Below are positions 57,900 through 64,000 of a stretch of DNA of 64,000 nt, in pieces. The DNA is from Ruminococcus sp. GTDB taxonomy: Bacteria > Bacillota > Clostridia > Oscillospirales > Ruminococcaceae. The stretch spans positions 1,211-65,210 of the forward strand of contig JBGVIW010000050.1 in NCBI GenBank assembly GCA_045128995.1. Reading direction: 5' to 3'. A program made the translations under genes and the position numbers. Within the stretch, counting starts at the first letter, position 1, and every line of letters starts with the position of its first letter. The notes beneath the pieces were generated by a model. That model saw only the letters and a list, made by a program, of their open reading frames with translations. It made no database searches and was not told the DNA's origin.

Positions 57900-59255
57900 T
57901 CATTTTTTCTTTCGTTTTTTCATGTATCTGTTGAGGTAGCCGTTATCATAGCAGCCATTCCGGAACTCGGGACGCTTGATAAGCTCGAGCTGGAAGTCGA
58001 TGTTCGTATCGACGCCCTCTACGATAAATTCTGACAGCGCCCATTTCATCTTCATGATCGCCTCCTCACGGGTTGCACCGTGGGCGATGAGCTTTGCTAT
58101 CATTGAGTCGTAGTACGGAGTTATTGTGTAGCCCTGATATACTGCGCTGTCGATGCGGATTCCGGGGCCTCCGGGGATATAGAGCGACTCTATCGTTCCT
58201 GGTGACGGACGAAAATCAAGCTCGGGGTTTTCTGCATTGATTCGGCACTCGATCGCATGGCCTGTAAGGCGGATATCCTCCTGCTTTACGCCAAGCTCCT
58301 CGCCTGCGGCTACTCTTATCTGTGCCTTTACAAGGTCAAATCCGGTGATCTCCTCTGTGATGGGATGCTCGACCTGAATTCGGGTGTTCATCTCCATGAA
58401 GTAGAAGTTCCTGTCGTCGTCAACGAGAAACTCGATCGTTCCGGCGTTATAGTAGCCGGCTTGTCTTGCTGCCGCAACGGCTGCCTCGCCCATTTTTGCA
58501 CGAAGCTCCTCGTTCACTACAGGACTGGGGCACTCCTCAAGAACCTTCTGGTTGCGGCGCTGCATTGAGCAGTCACGCTCGCCGAGGTAGATAGTATTCC
58601 CCTTATTATCGGCAATTATCTGGATCTCGACGTGATGCGGATTTATGAGGAATTTCTCGATATATACTGAATCGTCGCCGAAGAAGTTTTTTGCCTCCTG
58701 CTGGGCAGCGATGATCTGAGCCTCAAGCTCTTCGGCTGAGTCAACTCGTCTGATTCCACGTCCGCCGCCGCCGGCTGATGCCTTCACGAGGATGGGATAG
58801 CCTGCCTTTTCGGCGATCTCTCTTGCCTCCTCGACGGACTTAACTGCGCCCTTTGAGCCGGGAATTACGGGGACTCCTGCTGCTGCCATAGTTTCCTTTG
58901 CGGCAGCCTTGTCGCCGAGCATCTCGATCGACTTGTATGACGGGCCGATGAAGGTTATGTTATTCTCCTCGCAGAGCTTTGCGAATTCTGCGTTTTCTGA
59001 AAGAAATCCGAATCCGGGATGGATAGCCTCGGCATTAGCATTGATTGCCGCCTGAATTATTGCGTTCATATTGAGGTAGCTGTCCTTTGTTGCCGGCGGG
59101 CCTATGCATACTGCCTCGTCGGCGATCTGGGCATGGAGCGCATTGCGGTCAGCGGTGGAATATACTGCCACGCATCTTATTCCAAGCTCTCTGCACGCTC
59201 TTATGATACGGACAGCGATCTCTCCTCTGTTAGCGATCAGAACTTTTCTAAACAT
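57900..59255 (-). CDS. accC: Biotin carboxylase
   Basis: LIANRGEIA, GGGGRG, MNTRIQVEHP, YYDSMIAK. Confidence 0.97.
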   Translation of the reverse strand: MFRKVLIANRGEIAVRIIRACRELGIRCVAVYSTADRNALHAQIADEAVCIGPPATKDSYLNMNAIIQAAINANAEAIHPGFGFLSENAEFAKLCEENNITFIGPSYKSIEMLGDKAAAKETMAAAGVPVIPGSKGAVKSVEEAREIAEKAGYPILVKASAGGGGRGIRRVDSAEELEAQIIAAQQEAKNFFGDDSVYIEKFLINPHHVEIQIIADNKGNTIYLGERDCSMQRRNQKVLEECPSPVVNEELRAKMGEAAVAAARQAGYYNAGTIEFLVDDDRNFYFMEMNTRIQVEHPITEEITGFDLVKAQIRVAAGEELGVKQEDIRLTGHAIECRINAENPELDFRPSPGTIESLYIPGGPGIRIDSAVYQGYTITPYYDSMIAKLIAHGATREEAIMKMKWALSEFIVEGVDTNIDFQLELIKRPEFRNGCYDNGYLNRYMKKRKKK

Positions 59256-59258
59256 CGC

Positions 59259-59711
59259 TTATTCATCCTTACTGCCGTCTGCTACGACAAATGTGATCTC
59301 GCAGGAAACTGCCTTTTCGCCGCCTACTGAAGCGATCGCCTTTCCTGTTCCGACGGGACCTCTCTGCTTGATGATCTCGACCTCGAGGTCAAGAACGTCG
59401 CCCGGTACTACCTGACGGCGGAACTTTGCCTTATCGATTCCACCGAAGAGTCCGATCTTGCCCTTGAATTCGGGCTTTGAGAGCATACATACTGCTCCTG
59501 CCTGTGCAAGCATCTCTACCATGAGAACACCCGGTGTTACGGGATATCCCGGGAAGTGACCCTTGAACCAGAAGTCATCCTCCTTGATATATTTTCTTGC
59601 TTTTATCTTAACGCCGACCTCCATCTCGAGGATCTCGTCGATGAGGAGGAAGGGATCTCTGTGAGGGATGACTTCCATTATCTGCTCTTTATTCATAAGT
59701 ATTTCTGACAT
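59259..59711 (-). CDS. fabZ: 3-hydroxyacyl-ACP dehydratase
   Basis: IPHRDPFLLID, FKGHFPG.PVTPGVL; start reassigned to ATG 59711. Confidence 0.95.
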   Translation of the reverse strand: MSEILMNKEQIMEVIPHRDPFLLIDEILEMEVGVKIKARKYIKEDDFWFKGHFPGYPVTPGVLMVEMLAQAGAVCMLSKPEFKGKIGLFGGIDKAKFRRQVVPGDVLDLEVEIIKQRGPVGTGKAIASVGGEKAVSCEITFVVADGSKDE

Positions 59712-59731
59712 TTTTCTGCCTCCGTTTCTTC

Positions 59732-59812
59732 GTGGGACGCTGTCCCACACCCTGCCAGAGGCTGTCTGCCTCTGGACTCCGACCAAAGGGCAGACCCGCC
59801 CTTTGGAATCCC
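59732..59812. repeat. Three-hairpin REP-like element between accB and fabZ
   Basis: GTGGGA/TCCCAC, CCAGAGGC/GCCTCTGG, CCAAAGGGC/GCCCTTTGG. Confidence 0.7.
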
Positions 59813-59873
59813 GATCTGCACGCTGCCGGTCAGATAACCCTTAACCAAAACACGGCGCGCTTTACGTATGATT

Positions 59874-60371
59874 TTACTTTATAACCATGATAGGCTGGTC
59901 GAACTCGACTGCCTGTGCGTTCTCGACGAGGATCTCTGCTACTACGCCGTCATATTCTGACTGGATCTCGTTCATAAGCTTCATTGACTCGATTATCATG
60001 ATAACGTCGCCCTTCTTTACGCTGTCGCCTACCTTTACAAAGGGTGCCTTATCCGGTGAGGGTGCGCAGTAGTAAGTTCCGACGATGGGTGATTTTACGA
60101 TATTTCCGCTCATCTCAGGCTTTGCTTCAGCTGCGGGTGCTGCCGCTGGTGCAGGAGCTGCGCTTACTGCGGAAACTGCCTGTACGGGCATTCCCATAGG
60201 CGGCATTGGCGGATTCTGCGGAGTCTGGCACTTTCTTTTTGCCTCAAGCACGATCTCGCAGTCTCCGTTCTTGATCTTGATCCTTTCAAGTCCGGTGCTC
60301 TTCAGAGTCTCGGCAAGTGTTCCGATCTCCTCAAGTGTAAGGTTGCAGGCAACCATTCTGTTGTCAGCCAT
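59874..60371 (-). CDS. accB: Biotin carboxyl carrier protein
   Basis: SPIVGTYY, ESMKLMN. Confidence 0.95.
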   Translation of the reverse strand: MADNRMVACNLTLEEIGTLAETLKSTGLERIKIKNGDCEIVLEAKRKCQTPQNPPMPPMGMPVQAVSAVSAAPAPAAAPAAEAKPEMSGNIVKSPIVGTYYCAPSPDKAPFVKVGDSVKKGDVIMIIESMKLMNEIQSEYDGVVAEILVENAQAVEFDQPIMVIK

Positions 60372-60390
60372 TGTCTGTTTCCTCCTAATT

Positions 60391-61647
60391 TTATTCAGTT
60401 ACCTTCTTCAGGCAGATCGTTGCATTGTGTCCGCCGAAGCCAAGTGAGTTGGAAAGTGCAGCTCTTACCTCCTGCTGGACGTTTCCGTCTACGCAGTAGT
60501 TCAGATCACACTCCTCGTCAGGCACCTTGTAGCCTACTGTTTTATGGATGAGTCCCTCTTCGATCGACTTTGCAGTTACGATTGCCTCAACTGCTCCGGC
60601 TGCGCCGAGAAGATGTCCTGTCATTGACTTTGTGGAATTGATCTTTACGTCGTATGCCTTGTCGCCGAATGCATTCTTTATCGCTCTTGTCTCGTACTTG
60701 TCGTTAAGACCTGTAGATGTTCCGTGAGCGTTGATGTAGTCGATATCGCCCGGCTCGAGTCCTGCCTCCTGCATTGCAAGGGTCATTCCCATTCCGGCAG
60801 CGTCGCCCTCGGGTGAAGGTGATGTCATATGATATGCGTCGCAGGTTGCGCCATAGCCGGCGATCTCACAGTAGATCTTTGCACCTCTTGCCTTTGCGTG
60901 CTCATACTCCTCGAGGACGATAACTCCGCTTCCTTCGCTGAGGACAAAGCCGCTTCTCTCCTTATCAAACGGGATAGAAGCTCTCTCGAGGTCGTCTGAC
61001 TTTGTGAGTGCCTTCATGTTTGCAAATCCGCCGTAGGTGAACTCTACGTTTGTGCTTTCTGTACCGCCTGCAAGGCATACATCGAGGTAGCCGTCCTTGA
61101 TCTTGCGGAATGCCTCGCCGATCGCATGGGTTGCGGATGCGCAGGCTGTTGATACGTCAAAGTTTGCACCCTTGAAGCCGGTCTTCATTGAGATCGTTCC
61201 TGCTGCCATGTTTGAGATCATCATTGGGATGTAGAATACGCTGATTCTTCCGGGACCTTTGTTGAGGTACTTTTCGTACTCAGAAAGTGTAAGGTCGATT
61301 CCGCCGATTCCGCAGCCTACGATTACTCCTGCCTTATAGGGATCAACGTCGCTGAAGTCGCTTCCTGCATCCTCCATAGCCTCGTGCGCTGCTACTACGG
61401 CATACTTTGTGAACATATCCATTCTCTTGGATTCCTTCTTGTCAAAGCATCCCTTCACATCGTAATACTCTTCCTCGTTGAAGTCTCTTACGATTCCGGC
61501 AATTTTTACTCCGGTGCGCTCTGTTTCAAATTTATCTATATAAGAGAAGCCGATCTTATTCTCCTTGATGCCGTTCCAGAACTTTTCTACGCCTGTTCCG
61601 AGAGGAGTGACAGCTCCCAGACCTGTGATTACAACTCTTCTGCTCAT
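60391..61647 (-). CDS. fabF: 3-oxoacyl-ACP synthase II
   Basis: RRVVITGLG, TACAS, YINAHGTST, GHLLGAAG, NSLGFGGHN. Confidence 0.96.
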   Translation of the reverse strand: MSRRVVITGLGAVTPLGTGVEKFWNGIKENKIGFSYIDKFETERTGVKIAGIVRDFNEEEYYDVKGCFDKKESKRMDMFTKYAVVAAHEAMEDAGSDFSDVDPYKAGVIVGCGIGGIDLTLSEYEKYLNKGPGRISVFYIPMMISNMAAGTISMKTGFKGANFDVSTACASATHAIGEAFRKIKDGYLDVCLAGGTESTNVEFTYGGFANMKALTKSDDLERASIPFDKERSGFVLSEGSGVIVLEEYEHAKARGAKIYCEIAGYGATCDAYHMTSPSPEGDAAGMGMTLAMQEAGLEPGDIDYINAHGTSTGLNDKYETRAIKNAFGDKAYDVKINSTKSMTGHLLGAAGAVEAIVTAKSIEEGLIHKTVGYKVPDEECDLNYCVDGNVQQEVRAALSNSLGFGGHNATICLKKVTE

Positions 61648-61772
61648 AATTATCCTTTCTTATCTTTGCTTGGAGTGACGGATATTATCCGCCAATGTAT
61701 ATCAGTGTAATTTCCGGGCGGATAATATCTGCCCATACTACACGGGTTTGTTCATATTTTTCCGCTCTTCGG

Positions 61773-62513
61773 TTACATTGAAAGTCCGCCGGAGATCTCG
61801 ATCACCTGTCCTGTTACGTATGAAGCATCGTCTGATGCGAGGAAGGATACTACTGATGCGATCTCTTCAGGCTCACCGTATCTCTTGAGAGCCACCTGCT
61901 CGAGCATCTTTGCCTTAAGCTCGTCGGAGAGTACGTCCGTCATAGGTGTATGGATAAATCCCGGTGCAACTGCATTGCAGGTGATATTTCTTGAGCCGAA
62001 CTCCTTTGCGGCTGTCTTTGTCATACCGATGATCGCAGCCTTTGTTGCGGAGTAGTTGAACTGTCCGGGATTTCCGTAGAGTCCTGCTACTGAGGATACG
62101 TTGATGACTCTTCCGCTTCTCTGCTTCATCATTACTGAGCATACGGGCTTCATCATGTTATAAACGCTCTTCTGGTTTACTGCGATAACTGCGTCATAGC
62201 TTTCCTCGCTCATTCTTGCAAGAAGTCCATCCTTTGTGATGCCTGCGTTGTTTACGAGGACATCGATTGTTCCGAACTCAGCCTTTACTGCCTTTACCAT
62301 TGCTTCGCACTGGTCATATTTTGAAACGTCAGCAGCAAAGCAGACTGCCTTTACTCCGAGTGACTCGCACTCCTTTGCAACCTCTGCTGCCTTTGCAGCG
62401 TCGCCCTCGCTCGGGTAGTGGTTTACTGCGATATCAAAGCCGTCCTTAGCGAGTCTCTTTGCGATGCACGCACCGATTCCCTGTGACGCTCCTGTTATGA
62501 TTGCTGTTGCCAT
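61773..62513 (-). CDS. fabG: 3-oxoacyl-ACP reductase
   Basis: TGASQGIG, NNAGITKD, YSATK, NAVAPG. Confidence 0.95.
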   Translation of the reverse strand: MATAIITGASQGIGACIAKRLAKDGFDIAVNHYPSEGDAAKAAEVAKECESLGVKAVCFAADVSKYDQCEAMVKAVKAEFGTIDVLVNNAGITKDGLLARMSEESYDAVIAVNQKSVYNMMKPVCSVMMKQRSGRVINVSSVAGLYGNPGQFNYSATKAAIIGMTKTAAKEFGSRNITCNAVAPGFIHTPMTDVLSDELKAKMLEQVALKRYGEPEEIASVVSFLASDDASYVTGQVIEISGGLSM

Positions 62514-62561
62514 TTTATTTACCTCCGAATATGTATTCTATCTGATGAAGCATCCTCTGTA

Positions 62562-63176
62562 TCAGTTTACCAGACCTTCGAGGATATCGCCAAGCTCCTG
62601 ATAGTCCCTGATGCTTCTTAATATAGTTACCGCTCTGCCGTTTTCGAGGCGGAGCTTTATTGATCTTTCAGTTTTTCTTATTTCCGGTATCCGTTCCACG
62701 CAGTATATGCTGATAAAGGGTGGGATCTCTCCGCTGTCGAGTATCTGCCTGAGCGAATACTCGTCATTCAGAAATCTGAGATTATTCTCCTGTGACTTTA
62801 TGGCACGGCTTACTGCTCTGTTGGATGAACCGGAATGCGGTGCTGCAAAGGCGGCTGATACTATGTAAAGCCTGCCCTTATAGCGTACCCAGCTGGTAAA
62901 GCAGCGTCTGTTGCGTGAGGATTCACGCACTCCGACTATTGCCATGTATATGATGCTGAGCAGAAACACTCCGCATACGCCGAGAAGTGCGGCTTCTGTT
63001 TCTTTGGATGTGACCTTGCGGACTGCATCCCTGTTCTGCTCTGAATCCTGCATCATGAAGTAAAACAGCGGGATCATTGAGATAAGCAATACCAGCACTG
63101 CCGGAAGCATCTTCCGAAATATCCTTTTTCCTCTTTCCGCTGCGGATTCAGCTGGATATGAATATATCTTCAGCAT
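62562..63176 (-). CDS. Hypothetical membrane protein inside the fab operon
   Basis: Two hydrophobic segments; 204 aa; no FabD motifs. Confidence 0.65.
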   Translation of the reverse strand: MLKIYSYPAESAAERGKRIFRKMLPAVLVLLISMIPLFYFMMQDSEQNRDAVRKVTSKETEAALLGVCGVFLLSIIYMAIVGVRESSRNRRCFTSWVRYKGRLYIVSAAFAAPHSGSSNRAVSRAIKSQENNLRFLNDEYSLRQILDSGEIPPFISIYCVERIPEIRKTERSIKLRLENGRAVTILRSIRDYQELGDILEGLVN

Positions 63177-63201
63177 TTTTACCGTCTTATCAGGCTCTCT
63201 A

Positions 63202-64000
63202 TTAAAGCTTGAGAAGCTTCTTTGCCTCTGTCATCATTTCTTCAACGATCTCCTTGCAGGGCTTTACATCGTTGATCATGCCTGCGATAAGTCCGCAGAG
63301 GAAGGAGCCTTCGTCAACATTTCCGTCAACGACTGCCTTTCTCAGTGAGCCGAGTGTTACCTCCTCGAACTGGTCGGGAGTGAGTGTTCCGTCCTTTTCG
63401 CCGCTTGCAAGCATCTTTGAGAACTTTGTCTTGATGCCTCTGCACGGGTGACCTGTATAGCGTCCTGTTACTAAGTTGTCGGTATCCTTTGCCTTTACAA
63501 CAAGCTCCTTGAAGGTCGGGTGGATCTGGCACTCCTCTGATGCGAGGAAGCGTGTTCCGATCTGTACGCCCTCTGCTCCGAGCATGAAGGATGCAGCAAC
63601 ACCTCTGCCGTCTGCGATACCGCCGGCTGCGATTACGGGGATAGAGAGTGCGTCAACTACCTGCGGTACGAGACACATTGTTGTATTCTCGCCGATATGT
63701 CCGCCGGATTCTGTTCCCTCGGCTACTACTGCGTCAGCTCCTGCTTTTTCCATTCTCTTTGCGAGAGCTACTGACGGGATAACGGGGATTACCTTGATTC
63801 CGGCTTCTTTCCATGCAGGAATGAACTTTCCGGGATTTCCGGCACCTGTTGTTACTACTGCGACCTTTTCGTCGATACAGAGCTGAGCGAGATCCTCTGC
63901 ATTCGGGCTCATGAGCATGATGTTCACGCCGAACGGCTTATCTGTTGCCTCCTTGCAGGCACGGATCTGATCTCTGAGATAATCTATAGGAGCGCTGCCG
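63202..64000 (-). CDS. fabK: Enoyl-ACP reductase II (5' end outside the window)
   Basis: PFGVNIMLM, VAEGTESGGHIG, PVIAAGGIADG, GVQIGTRF. Confidence 0.93.
   Translation of the reverse strand, partial: GSAPIDYLRDQIRACKEATDKPFGVNIMLMSPNAEDLAQLCIDEKVAVVTTGAGNPGKFIPAWKEAGIKVIPVIPSVALAKRMEKAGADAVVAEGTESGGHIGENTTMCLVPQVVDALSIPVIAAGGIADGRGVAASFMLGAEGVQIGTRFLASEECQIHPTFKELVVKAKDTDNLVTGRYTGHPCRGIKTKFSKMLASGEKDGTLTPDQFEEVTLGSLRKAVVDGNVDEGSFLCGLIAGMINDVKPCKEIVEEMMTEAKKLLKL

Overview
This looks like a chromosome segment from a cellulolytic Ruminococcus-type Firmicute (taxon inferred from the GH94 phosphorylases, codon style and repeat families). Bases 1-~8070 are the AT-rich end of an ICE-like element, apparently integrated at the 3' end of ppdK. 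It carries one tightly coupled minus-strand defence operon (AbiEi/AbiEii toxin-antitoxin, Lamassu LmuA/LmuC/LmuB, then an unexplained three-gene module built around a Rubisco-activase-like AAA+ ATPase), followed by the start of the element core (parA). Bases 12591-19720 hold a compact phage head-packaging cluster (TerS, TerL, portal, capsid, protease-like and four further structural-type genes). It has host-like codon usage and no integrase, replication, lysis or tape-measure gene, so it is a GTA-like candidate. The rest is mostly housekeeping: ppdK, glmU, a P-type ATPase under a yybP-ykoY riboswitch, CorC and CDF transporters, two GH94 phosphorylases, a two-component system, aroB, citrate synthase, a ydjGHI-like cluster, a 2-oxoacid:ferredoxin oxidoreductase operon and the acc/fab operon. 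Non-coding candidates are a ~400-nt multi-helix RNA with its own promoter and terminator (36758-37154), a ~120-nt anti-SD sRNA (29571-29692), a leader peptide/attenuator before corC, a 64-bp promoter duplication and several nested REP/REPIN-like palindromes. No CRISPR array, rRNA or tRNA was seen. All family assignments come from motif recognition by eye; no database search, folding or GC computation was run.
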